A DNA stretch of 62,029 bases, filler included. It is 9 parts of 9 records of this genome, joined end to end, with 100 filler letters (N's around TTAATTAATTAA, not from the genome) between each part and the next. Parts side by side here need not be neighbours in the genome. Positions count along the whole stretch, not along the records: positions 31,804 to 38,650 come from SRR31147125_340322; positions 38,751 to 48,939 come from SRR31147125_340976; 7 more parts are not named here. One strand, given 5' to 3'. Below the pieces are notes generated by a model. That model made no database searches and was not told the DNA's origin. It worked only from the letters and a program-made list of their open reading frames with translations. Positions 33,187 to 42,369 of this stretch are shown one piece after another. Position 1 is the stretch's first letter, and every line of letters begins with the position of its first letter. The position numbers were made by a program, and so were the translations under genes.

Positions 33187-33993
33187 ATGCTGCCTTACCC
33201 GGACATAGACCCAGTCCTGTTGCACGTCGGACCGTTTCAGGTGCGCTGGTACGGGCTCATGTACGTGCTCGGCTTCGTCGCCTCCTACGTGCTGGTCAGA
33301 TACCAGTTGAAACAGGTTCGGTTCGCCCGGTTGCAGGAACATTTCGAGAACCTCAACATGGTGCTGATCATCTCGATCATCATCGGCGGCCGCCTCGGCT
33401 ACGTACTGTTCTACAATCTCGAGTATTACCTCGCGCACCCGCTCGAGATTCCCGCCACCTGGACCGGCGGGATGGCCTTTCATGGAGCTGCCATCGGGCT
33501 GATATGCGGTGGCTTGTGGTATTGCCGAAGAAAGGGGATATGCTTCTGGAAGGCGGCTGACATCTACGCCGTCACCATCCCGATCGGCCTGATGCTGGGA
33601 AGACTCGGAAATTTCATCAACGGCGAGTTGTTCGGCAGGCCCACAACGGTACCGTGGGGGATGATTTTCCCGGCCGGCGGCCCGGTTGCACGGCATCCGT
33701 CACAACTCTACGAGGCCCTCTGCGAGGGACTGATCATGTTCATCCTGCTCTGGTCACTGCGCACAAAACCGTGGCAGCCGGACAACCGGCTGTGGCCTCA
33801 TGGCTCCCTGACGGCCCTGCTTCTGATCGGGTACGGGGGCATGCGATTTCTCGTCGAATTCACCAGGCAACCGGACCCGCAGGTCGGATATATCCTGAGC
33901 TTCTTCACAATGGGTCAGGTGCTCTGCTCGGTCATGATCATCGGCGGATTGGCGGTTTGGTACGCGCTCGTCCGCTCCACCGACACCAAATAA
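33187..33993 (+). CDS. lgt: Prolipoprotein diacylglyceryl transferase
   Basis: VRWYGLMY, GGRLGYVLFY, GGMAFHG, GRLGNFINGELFGR, RHPSQLYEA. Confidence 0.97.
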   Translation: MLPYPDIDPVLLHVGPFQVRWYGLMYVLGFVASYVLVRYQLKQVRFARLQEHFENLNMVLIISIIIGGRLGYVLFYNLEYYLAHPLEIPATWTGGMAFHGAAIGLICGGLWYCRRKGICFWKAADIYAVTIPIGLMLGRLGNFINGELFGRPTTVPWGMIFPAGGPVARHPSQLYEALCEGLIMFILLWSLRTKPWQPDNRLWPHGSLTALLLIGYGGMRFLVEFTRQPDPQVGYILSFFTMGQVLCSVMIIGGLAVWYALVRSTDTK

Positions 33994-34094
33994 AGGCTCC
34001 CGCAATAGGCTCACCGCTTCCCGCTTTTCCAGGTCAGCCCCCTGGCCATCACACTCTTTCGGTTCTCTTCGGTTTTGATTTTCCTGGTATCAAT

Positions 34095-34883
34095 TCATCG
34101 AAGCCATGTTCCCCCCGACTCCGTGGCTTTTTGATCCGGAATAACTACTATCTGATCATCGAACCGATGGATTGACACAGCAACCCCGTACACCTCCTCG
34201 ATTGTCGACCCGGTCAGCTCTTCCCGGCTGCAGACGGTAAATACTCGCCCGTCTCTCAAAAAGCAGAAGCGATTTCCGTAACGAAGGGCGCTGTTCAGAT
34301 CATGCATTGTCATGACGGCGGCAATGCGCCGCTCACTGACTATGGAGCGGATAATCGACAGGATGACGAGCTGATTCTGAAGGTCCAGCGAACTGGTCGG
34401 TTCATCGAGCAGGAGCAGCCGTGGTTCCTGGACAAGTGAGCGGGCGATCACCACTTTCTGAAGTTCCCCCCCGCTCAACTCGTCGATATAGCGCAGCGCC
34501 ATATGATCGAGGCCCAGCAGATTCAACGTGGCATCGACAAGCGTCAGGTCCTTTTCACCGGCACGCCAGCCGATATACGGCTTCCTTCCCATCAGGACGG
34601 TATCGAAGACGTTCAACCGGGCCCTTTCCGTCCGCTGGGGGACGTAACTGATTCGTCGCGCGATCTCCGCGGGCTTCATATTCAAAACATCACGATTCTC
34701 AACCATGATGGTCCCGCCCCGCGGCCGGTGGATCACATTCAAGCATTTCAACAAAGTCGTTTTTCCGACACCGTTAGGACCGAGTATCATCATCAACTCG
34801 CCAGGCTTGACACCGAGATCGACATGCTCGAGAACCGCCGTACCGTTGTAACGAAACTCGATATTTTCTGCTGTCAGACTCAT
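34095..34883 (-). CDS. FecE/BtuD-type ABC ATP-binding protein
   Basis: GPNGVGKT, LSGGELQ, LLLDEPTSSLD, MHDLN. Confidence 0.93.
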   Translation of the reverse strand: MSLTAENIEFRYNGTAVLEHVDLGVKPGELMMILGPNGVGKTTLLKCLNVIHRPRGGTIMVENRDVLNMKPAEIARRISYVPQRTERARLNVFDTVLMGRKPYIGWRAGEKDLTLVDATLNLLGLDHMALRYIDELSGGELQKVVIARSLVQEPRLLLLDEPTSSLDLQNQLVILSIIRSIVSERRIAAVMTMHDLNSALRYGNRFCFLRDGRVFTVCSREELTGSTIEEVYGVAVSIHRFDDQIVVIPDQKATESGGTWLR

Positions 34884-35962
34884 GATTTACTCCGTAACAT
34901 GATAAGCCAGAAAAATGCCGGCGCCCCGAGAAAAGCAGTAAGAACGGACACCGGCAGGACATGCGGTTCCAGCATCTTGCGAGCGACGGTATCTGATACG
35001 AGCAGGAGCAGCCCACCACCGATGAGCGACGCTGGGAGCAGAAAGCGATGGTCTGAGCCGATGACCCGGCGCACCATGTGGGGAACGATCAGGCCGACAA
35101 AACCGATGATGCCGAGAAAGGCGATGATACAGGCGGTCAGCAGCGAGGCCATGAGCATGCCGACCACCCGTAGCGAAGAGACCTGCACGCCGAGCCCCTT
35201 GGCGGTCTCATCACCACTGTCGATGGCATTGTAATCCCAGCTGTTGAAAATGAAATACCCGCTGCATACAGCAAGCCCACCGGCCATCACCCCAAGTTCC
35301 TTCCAGGTCGCACGTGCCGTGTCACCGAACGTCCAGAACACCATGGCGGCTAACTGCACATCGTCGGCAAAAAACTGCAGGAACATGGTTCCGGCAGTGA
35401 ACAGCGCTCCGAGCGCAACGCCGGTCAACACCAGGATTTCAGAAGTGGCGTTACGAAGCTGCGCGATCGCGATGATAACGAGGGCCGCGCCGATGCTGAA
35501 GACAAAAGCCGAGGCCGTTGTAATCAGTGGGCTGGTGATGTTTACCGCCCCGACCGACGACGACGTCATCACCCCGCCTCCGAGGATCATCACCGAAAAA
35601 GCAGCCCCGAATGCCGCGGCATGGGAAATCCCCAGGGTAAACGGGGAGCCGAGCGGATTACGCAGAATCGATTGCATCACGACCCCGGTTACGGCCAGCC
35701 CCGCACCGGCAACGACGCTCGACAGCGCCTGGGGTAACCTGATGTTCCACACGATCGCGTCGATTCGCGGTTCCTCCGTAAAACCCAGCAGAGTCCCAGC
35801 CACCGTCATCAGGCTCAGGTCGGCAGCGCCGACTGAAACCGCCAGCACCAGAGCCAGTGTGAGGAGGACCATAAGGGCCGCGATGAAAACAACCTTGCCC
35901 ACCACATAGGACCGGTACGTTCGGGGGAAACCTGATTCCAAAAGCTGCATGTCCTTTCTCAA
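34880..35962 (-). CDS. FecCD/BtuC-family ABC permease
   Basis: IRLPQ, QSILRNPLGSPFTLGIS, GIIGFVGLIVPH, GAPAF. Confidence 0.94.
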   Translation of the reverse strand: MRKDMQLLESGFPRTYRSYVVGKVVFIAALMVLLTLALVLAVSVGAADLSLMTVAGTLLGFTEEPRIDAIVWNIRLPQALSSVVAGAGLAVTGVVMQSILRNPLGSPFTLGISHAAAFGAAFSVMILGGGVMTSSSVGAVNITSPLITTASAFVFSIGAALVIIAIAQLRNATSEILVLTGVALGALFTAGTMFLQFFADDVQLAAMVFWTFGDTARATWKELGVMAGGLAVCSGYFIFNSWDYNAIDSGDETAKGLGVQVSSLRVVGMLMASLLTACIIAFLGIIGFVGLIVPHMVRRVIGSDHRFLLPASLIGGGLLLLVSDTVARKMLEPHVLPVSVLTAFLGAPAFFWLIMLRSKS

Positions 35963-37056
35963 TGAATGGTAATCTGCCGGAATGCTAAACCCTGAAATGA
36001 ACGATTCATTTCGTCAAAGACCGGTTCTCCGACCAGGAAGCTGTAGATTTCATCCGCCTTCGCGGCCGGTGCGCAATCATCGAAGGTGTCCGGATACAGC
36101 AGAGTCCCGATGTAATAGGCATTGGCGAGGATCGAACCGTAGTTCCGGGTATACCAGTTGTAGGGAAAGACCCCGTATACCTGATTCGTGCGCACTGCCG
36201 TCAGCGTCTGATACGCCGGGTCGTGTTTCAATTCGTGTAACCCGCCGGCCCCTTCTCCAACCTGCAGCGTGGAGAGATCGAGAAACAGGAGGTCCGGATC
36301 CCAGGAAACAATCTGTTCCTTCGCGATAGAGATATTGCTCACTTCCCTATTGTCCTGCACCTTCCGTCCGGCGAGATTGTTTGCCTTCAGAAATCGAAAC
36401 GGGGGATAAGCCGGTTCGGTGGACTGGAAGCCGTGCGGCCCCTTGGCCGCCACACCGCCAAGGAACACGGAGGTACGTTTGGGGATAGAGGACCGATCGA
36501 CGCGCCGGTTGATATCGGCAATGGTGTCCTCGAAAAATGAGATGACCTCGGTTGCCCGTTTCTCCTGCTCGAGCACCTCACCCATCAGTCTGATGCTGGC
36601 GTATAATTGTTCACGCAGGGTTGTCAGATTTCCGTAGTTCAGAACAATCACCGGAATTCCCGTTTTTTCCTGCAGTTCCACGGGATCATGTCCCATCGTT
36701 GCATAGGTCTTGAAAATAACCTGCGGCTGAGGATTCAGGGTGAGAATAAGCTCCGGGTTGTCGTGCCCTCTGAACTCGCCGAATATGGGCAGCGTCCTGA
36801 ATCGCGGATGAGCGAGCGCATACGGTCTGGCCTCGAACGTTTTGCGCTTGCCCTCCATGTCGTCCACGGCAACAGCCGCATCGCTCATCCCGAGATAGAC
36901 GAGCAATCGAAGACAACCGGCCCCCGAACAGACGACCCGCTCGACGTGATCGGGAACGTCTACCACTCGGCCCGTGCCGTCGGTTACCGTTCGGGCCTCT
37001 ACATTCGATACAACAAAAAAAGACAGCAACAGAGTGACAAGTATTGATATTTTCAT
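35959..37056 (-). CDS. Class III (iron-siderophore/cobalamin-type) periplasmic binding protein
   Basis: MKISILV signal peptide, TVTDGTGRVVDVPDHVERVV, ELQEKTGIPV, EQIVSWDPD, LTAVRTNQVY. Confidence 0.9.
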   Translation of the reverse strand: MKISILVTLLLSFFVVSNVEARTVTDGTGRVVDVPDHVERVVCSGAGCLRLLVYLGMSDAAVAVDDMEGKRKTFEARPYALAHPRFRTLPIFGEFRGHDNPELILTLNPQPQVIFKTYATMGHDPVELQEKTGIPVIVLNYGNLTTLREQLYASIRLMGEVLEQEKRATEVISFFEDTIADINRRVDRSSIPKRTSVFLGGVAAKGPHGFQSTEPAYPPFRFLKANNLAGRKVQDNREVSNISIAKEQIVSWDPDLLFLDLSTLQVGEGAGGLHELKHDPAYQTLTAVRTNQVYGVFPYNWYTRNYGSILANAYYIGTLLYPDTFDDCAPAAKADEIYSFLVGEPVFDEMNRSFQGLAFRQITIH

Positions 37057-37076
37057 GGCGACGGATATAGTAAGTA

Positions 37077-37103
37077 GTGTTACGTTTTTATTTTTCGTAA
37101 TAT
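37077..37103. promoter_or_regulatory. NikR-like operator GTGTTAC-N13-GTAATAT
   Basis: Imperfect inverted repeat with an AT-rich 13-nt spacer between the promoter and start codon of the ABC operon. Confidence 0.55.
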
Positions 37104-37110
37104 TGCATTG

Positions 37111-37139
37111 ACGATACACACGCTCAGGGTTTCCGTCAA
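37111..37139 (-). promoter_or_regulatory. Sigma70-type promoter for the ABC operon
   Basis: Minus strand TTGACG (37139-37134) - 17 nt - TATCGT (37116-37111). Confidence 0.55.
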
Positions 37140-37237
37140 GAAGATTAATGCAAAGATACAAACATCATCCCTCAACGACAGAAGGCACGAACAAGACAGG
37201 CAAGGAACTACTTTCAAAAACAGGAAAAGAGCTGAAA

Positions 37238-37759
37238 ATGAATGAAATCAAGCTGTACCCCGTTGGCACAGTATCGAGCCCGATAAAAGAAGTCTCCCTG
37301 AAAGCAGGTAAGACAGACCTCGAGCGGACAGAGAAGAGGGAACAAGGCCGGCAGAATCACCACAAAATCAAGAAGACAGTATCAGCGCTGGTTATTCTCG
37401 AAGAATGGCAGGACCTGCTGGACGGGATCGAGGAGTTTTCCCATGCGCTCGTCCTCTTTTGGCCCCACCTGCTCGATCCGGGACGTCGCAAGCTCCACAA
37501 GGTGCATCCCCAGGGGCGCAAAGAGATGCCGTTAACCGGTATTTTCGCCACCCGCAGCCCTGCCCGGCCCAATCCGATCCTCATCTCGGTAGTCCGCATT
37601 CTGGAGAGAAGAAACAATGTATTGGAGGTGGTTGGACTGGAGGCGGTGGACGGCAGTCCGATCATTGACATCAAACCGCACATTGTCGCTTATGATACGA
37701 AAGAGCAACCCACGGTGGCACCCTGGATGGAACAGATCCAGCGGGAGATGAGTGAATAA
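37238..37759 (+). CDS. tsaA: TsaA/YaeB-like SAM-binding protein (single domain)
   Basis: LDGIEEFSH, GIFATRSPARPNPI, DGSPIIDIKP. Confidence 0.88.
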   Translation: MNEIKLYPVGTVSSPIKEVSLKAGKTDLERTEKREQGRQNHHKIKKTVSALVILEEWQDLLDGIEEFSHALVLFWPHLLDPGRRKLHKVHPQGRKEMPLTGIFATRSPARPNPILISVVRILERRNNVLEVVGLEAVDGSPIIDIKPHIVAYDTKEQPTVAPWMEQIQREMSE

Positions 37760-37819
37760 CTGCAGGTTATCGTGAATGGAGCGCAGTCACCTCATCCTGC
37801 TCTGTAGTGGTGGCTGCGG

Positions 37820-38491
37820 TTACTGCTCCAGCGTGACATAGCCGTTTCTGATCGCAAAATTTACCAGGTCAACACTGTTTTTGAGGCCGAGTTTCCGCAG
37901 AAGACTTGCACGATGGTGATCGACCGTCCGGGGACTGAGACCCAGTTCGGCGGCCATCTGTTTCGACGTTTTTCCCGCAGCGACCAGTGCCAGTACCTGG
38001 CGCTCTCTCTTTGTCAGGTTCTTGAAAGTCCGGGTTGGTGTCCGATCGCTGAAAGACTGGAGGACCCCCTCTGAAAATTCAGCCTCGAGCGACGGGGATA
38101 TATAGGTGTGGCCCACACTGATCTTCTCAATCGCTGAGAGTATCTCCTGGCCGCAATCGGTTTTGACCAGATATCCATCCGCCCCGGCGGCAAGTGCACG
38201 GCGGAGATAGCGTACGTTCTGGTGCATGGTCAGGATAAGAATTTTCAGCTCAGGATAGCGTTTTTTCACGATCTCGGTGAGTTCTATCCCGCTGATCTTC
38301 GGCATCGAAATATCGAGCACAAGCAGATCAACAGCCAGCTCCGGCAATTTCTCCATCAGCGCGTCGCTGTTGCTCACCTCATCGACAACTTCCAGATTAC
38401 TGGAGTTACTGATTATATTCCTCAGCCCGTGCCTGATCAGCTCATGATCATCAGCGAGCATTATCCGGTATTTCAGCACCAGCTCTGTCAT
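37820..38491 (-). CDS. NarL/FixJ-family response regulator
   Basis: ADDH, LDISMP, GADGYLVK receiver domain; LTKRERQVL..SPRTVDHHR LuxR HTH. Confidence 0.95.
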   Translation of the reverse strand: MTELVLKYRIMLADDHELIRHGLRNIISNSSNLEVVDEVSNSDALMEKLPELAVDLLVLDISMPKISGIELTEIVKKRYPELKILILTMHQNVRYLRRALAAGADGYLVKTDCGQEILSAIEKISVGHTYISPSLEAEFSEGVLQSFSDRTPTRTFKNLTKRERQVLALVAAGKTSKQMAAELGLSPRTVDHHRASLLRKLGLKNSVDLVNFAIRNGYVTLEQ

Positions 38492-38650
38492 CAGTCAATC
38501 ATCCTCGTTTCCTCGGGACAACACCAATCCGGGCACACTCAGACTCGAGTATGCAGTCATCGCAATGGGGTGCGACCGGTTTGCATTTTCCCTGTCCGAA
38601 TGCCACCAGAATGCGGTTTACCTTTTTCCAGTATGGAAGCGGCAGCTTTT

Positions 38651-38750
38651 NNNNNNNNNNNNNNNNNNNNNNNNNNNNNNNNNNNNNNNNNNNNTTAATT
38701 AATTAANNNNNNNNNNNNNNNNNNNNNNNNNNNNNNNNNNNNNNNNNNNN
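38651..38750. other. Artificial contig linker
   Basis: N44-TTAATTAATTAA-N44. Confidence 0.99.
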
Positions 38751-38847
38751 CACGTGCTTCGCTCCATACAAGCGAGCCGCACAGGAGCAGGGCAGCAGCA
38801 GTCGCACCAAAAGTCCGGCGTACGTTTAACAGGGATGTAGCTGACAT
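38751..38847 (-). CDS. N-terminal fragment (signal peptide) of a secreted protein
   Basis: MSATSLLNVRRTFGATAAALLLCGSLVWSEAR runs into the contig end. Confidence 0.4.
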
Positions 38848-39311
38848 GATCATACCCTCTGGCATGTTTCGATTAAACCGGGAGGATAGAATCCGTTCCG
38901 GCAACTAGTTAATTAAAGACTTAAATAGATATAAGGAAGCTGAAATACTTTGTCAAAGCAAAATACCACAAAGTTGATAAAAACTCATATAGTTACCGCA
39001 ATTATTCGAACTCTGCGACAGTGTGGTACGGGGGCGATCCGGTTGCAGTGACAAGGAGGAACCATGGCAGGGAGAGACCCTGCGTGGTATGGTAGCGGTG
39101 CTCCGTAACTCCGCTCCCCGGACGGAAGGGCGGCGATGAATGGTATAACCGGAAGAACAGAGTGCTTTGTGTCGCGGGGCCTCATTGATCTCGATTCTCA
39201 TGAACTACCCATGAACTACTCAACTCATCTGCACCGCATGAACGACGTGTTCGGTGACGGCTCCGAAATGGGGTATCGTTCACTCTGTGTTCAGTACGCG
39301 TTCGCCTATCT

Positions 39312-40016
39312 ATGCAACCGACCGCTGCTTGTCGGCCTGACCAGGAAAACCGTTACCGATCCGAGAGAAAACTGCTCTATACGGTTATGACGGTCGGCTA
39401 CGACGAGCTGAACGAGATCCCGAATCCGTCTTCGAACTGGGATTTCGTCTGCTATACCGACAACCCCGACCTGCGCAGCGACACCTGGCGGTTCAAGAAG
39501 TTGAAGAACGAGCGGGGGCTGGACCAGGTGCGCCTGTCGCGCTTGCTGAAGATAAACAACCACCTGGTGGATGACGGGTACGACATCAGCGTCTATATCG
39601 ATGGCAACTTCAGGATTCGCGGAGACCTCGACACCTTCATCGCCCACGCGCTGCCGCCGGGGGAGCGGTTTGCGATGCTGCTCCACCCGTTCCACAGTTC
39701 GCTGCGCGAGGAGCTGGAACTGTGCATCCGGGTTGGCAAGGACGATGAGCAGCTGCTGTGCCGCCAGTACCGCCACTACGTGGAAGAAATGGGATTTTCC
39801 GATCCCTACCCCCACATTGCCGGGAGCATGATCATTCGCCGGGCCGGCAACCCGGATATACAGAGCATGATGGAGACCTGGTTCGAGCAGCTGCTGAACT
39901 GGTCACGACGCGACCAGATGGCTTTCAACTACGCGCTCGAGAAGCACCGGGTCTTCCCCCATTACATTCCCTACTGGATTTTCAGGCGCTACTTCAAGAA
40001 GCTCGATCACCGCTGA
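39312..40016 (+). CDS. DUF616 (TOD1/MUCI70-like) glycosyltransferase-domain protein; start uncertain
   Basis: YT...GYDEL, DFVCYTD, SVYIDGN, HP....EE..C, SRRDQMAFNY. Confidence 0.8.
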   Translation: MQPTAACRPDQENRYRSERKLLYTVMTVGYDELNEIPNPSSNWDFVCYTDNPDLRSDTWRFKKLKNERGLDQVRLSRLLKINNHLVDDGYDISVYIDGNFRIRGDLDTFIAHALPPGERFAMLLHPFHSSLREELELCIRVGKDDEQLLCRQYRHYVEEMGFSDPYPHIAGSMIIRRAGNPDIQSMMETWFEQLLNWSRRDQMAFNYALEKHRVFPHYIPYWIFRRYFKKLDHR

Positions 40017-41201
40017 CAGCTCCGCTGACCGTACCTCCGTGATAGAACAGGTAGCCGGTCGCGAGAACGGACAGGATGAGGAGTACGGTCCCGAAGATGA
40101 TGAGCGCAAAATCAAGAGACATTTGTCCAGCCATGGCGCCGATACACGGGCCCCCGACGGCAAAGGCGAGACGGATTATCAGGCTCCTGATCGACAGCAC
40201 GGTCGCCCGGATCGACGAATCACAGTTACTGTTGATCAGGTCGCGAAGCATCGGGGTTGTATATCCCCGTATCAGGTAGAAGACGAACAGCGAGATGAGA
40301 GCCGGGATGAGCGGCAGTGTTCCCAGGAGGATGAAACCGGCGGGAAGCAGTGTGCTGATCATGAGTGCGGTGCGCAAGCCGATACGGGCCACGATCACGG
40401 CCGCGGTAGCCGAGACCAGCGCGACCGAGAGATTCAGCAGCACCCACAGCGGGGTGATCTCTGTTTCGGAGAATCCCTGCTCCACGAAATAGATCTGGGC
40501 GGTCCAGGCCATGCAGAGCGTGGCGGTTCCGGCCACCGAGCTTCCGAGAATGGTGGCGCTGAGCTTTTTATGAACAAAAAGCGCGTCTCGGCTGATCCTG
40601 AATATCTGGCGCAGGGACGGTCGTTCGATAAGTTTGCGGCGGGCGGGCTCGACGAGCAGCAATGCGGCCGGTATACCGGTCGCGGCAATCAGGGTCTGGC
40701 TCACATAAACGGAGCGATAGCTGAGCCAGGCGGCGATGAGACCGCCTCCGATCGCGGCGACCGTCTCCCCCAGGTTACCGAGGGCGGTTATCCTGCCTTC
40801 ATATCTGAGGTAGTAGTTTCGTCGGTTCGTTGCTGCGAGACTGTCGTAGAGCAGCGCCGAGTCGGCGCCGGAGACGAAACTTCCCCCAGACCGAGGACGA
40901 TCTCGGCGGCGAGAAATCCGACGAACGTGTGGGACAGGGACAGGATGGCGAATCCGAGCGTCCCCAGAATTGTGCCCCAGATCAGCGTGGTGCGCCGACC
41001 GATGATATCGGCAACGTACCCGGACGGTATCTCGAACAGCGCGACACAGAGTGAATAGGCTGCCTGGAGCAGGTACACGTGAGTGGTGTCCAGGCCGTTG
41101 TCCGTGTAGAAGAGAACCACCACAGGCATGATCAGCATCAGCCATTTGGACAGCTTGATCAGGTAGAGGTAGTAGATGTTGGCTTCGAGGGAGCGCGTCA
41201 T
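39994..41201 (-). CDS. MFS transporter (frameshift at C/G-run near 40883)
   Basis: FEIPSGYVADIIGRR motif A, SGADSALLYDSL, RATVLS; two overlapping ORFs. Confidence 0.88.
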
Positions 41202-41216
41202 TGCCGGACCGATAAT

Positions 41217-42278
41217 TCAGGGTGAGGCTGGAAGCAGTTCCAGCCTGGTGAGCACCGCTTTGAGGGCGTTATCGACAACTGTTTCCGAGAAGTGTGTGTC
41301 GTAGACCTGCCGGGCGTCGACCTGGCATCGTTCGAACGCCGCGGGCGCGGCTATGATCTCCTGCACGCAACCGGCCAGCTGTTCCGGGGCCGCCGCCGCG
41401 ATGAAATGGATCCCGGAGCGATTCTTTCCCAGCTCCCCGGGGTAGGCGTTCGACTCCCTTGTAATGACCGGGCGGCCGCAGGCGAGCGCCTGGTACACCT
41501 TGTTCGGTATGACGCGGGCGGCTTTATCGGAATCGCCGAAGATGCCCAGGGCGATATCGGCCCGGCCGATCCTTTCGGGCAGCAGGTGATAGTCGGTCCA
41601 GTCCTCGAACCGGAGGTTGTCCACTCCGCTCGCCGCCGCCTCGCAGGCGCGACGCAGCGGTCCGTCTCCGAGCATTGTCCAGCTGGCCTCCGGCACCAGT
41701 TTCGCTGCCTCGACGATGGTCTGCGGCCCCTGCAGGCCGATAAAGCTGCCGAAAAAGAGGATCTCCGGTCTCTCCGGCAGCGGGCGCGGGGCAACCGGTC
41801 TGAACAACGTCTCCTCGGCGCCCACCGGAACGACGATGGTGGCGTCTGGGGGACTGTCCAGCACGGAGCGGTACAGGTGTCCGTGGGCTTCGGTGTCGGC
41901 GATTACCAGGTCGCAGGCGCGGTACAGTGAGCGCTCACTTTCCAGCAACCGCCTGGCCCTCCAGTGATCCTGCCGGTATTTCCTGCGCTCGAAGACGACT
42001 TTGTCCCAGCTCGAGATCAAGGGGTCGAAGACCAGCGGGATCCTGTTCCTGTCTGCGTAGCGCCGTGCCGAGCGCACATCCCGGTGCCTGAAGCAGGGTA
42101 CCCAGATGCAGTCCGCAGGACCCGGGTCGGATATCAGCGACTCGGCCGTTCCGAAAAGCGATGAGCGCGGCCTGAAGTCACGGATCCCGATCCCGTTCCT
42201 GCGCAACAGCTCGCGGAGAATCCGGTTGCGGGAGTAGTCGGGGTCAAAGCGGCCCCACCACAGTATGACGCGGCTCAT
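41217..42278 (-). CDS. GT4-family glycosyltransferase
   Basis: FFGSFIGLQG, ADIALGIFG..KAARVIPNKVYQALACGRPVIT. Confidence 0.9.
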   Translation of the reverse strand: MSRVILWWGRFDPDYSRNRILRELLRRNGIGIRDFRPRSSLFGTAESLISDPGPADCIWVPCFRHRDVRSARRYADRNRIPLVFDPLISSWDKVVFERRKYRQDHWRARRLLESERSLYRACDLVIADTEAHGHLYRSVLDSPPDATIVVPVGAEETLFRPVAPRPLPERPEILFFGSFIGLQGPQTIVEAAKLVPEASWTMLGDGPLRRACEAAASGVDNLRFEDWTDYHLLPERIGRADIALGIFGDSDKAARVIPNKVYQALACGRPVITRESNAYPGELGKNRSGIHFIAAAAPEQLAGCVQEIIAAPAAFERCQVDARQVYDTHFSETVVDNALKAVLTRLELLPASP

Positions 42279-42369
42279 TTCTCTCCCCTGCAAGGTTCTG
42301 GGCGCATTGCTTTCCGGTTCGGGGGCCGGTTTGCTCCGTCACTGATTCTGTGCTGGTCGGTAACGAATC

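Noticed and set aside
37057-37237. Cobalamin riboswitch upstream of the BtuF-like ABC operon
   Set aside because: The predicted leader is about 50 nt, AT-rich, and has no B12-box elements.
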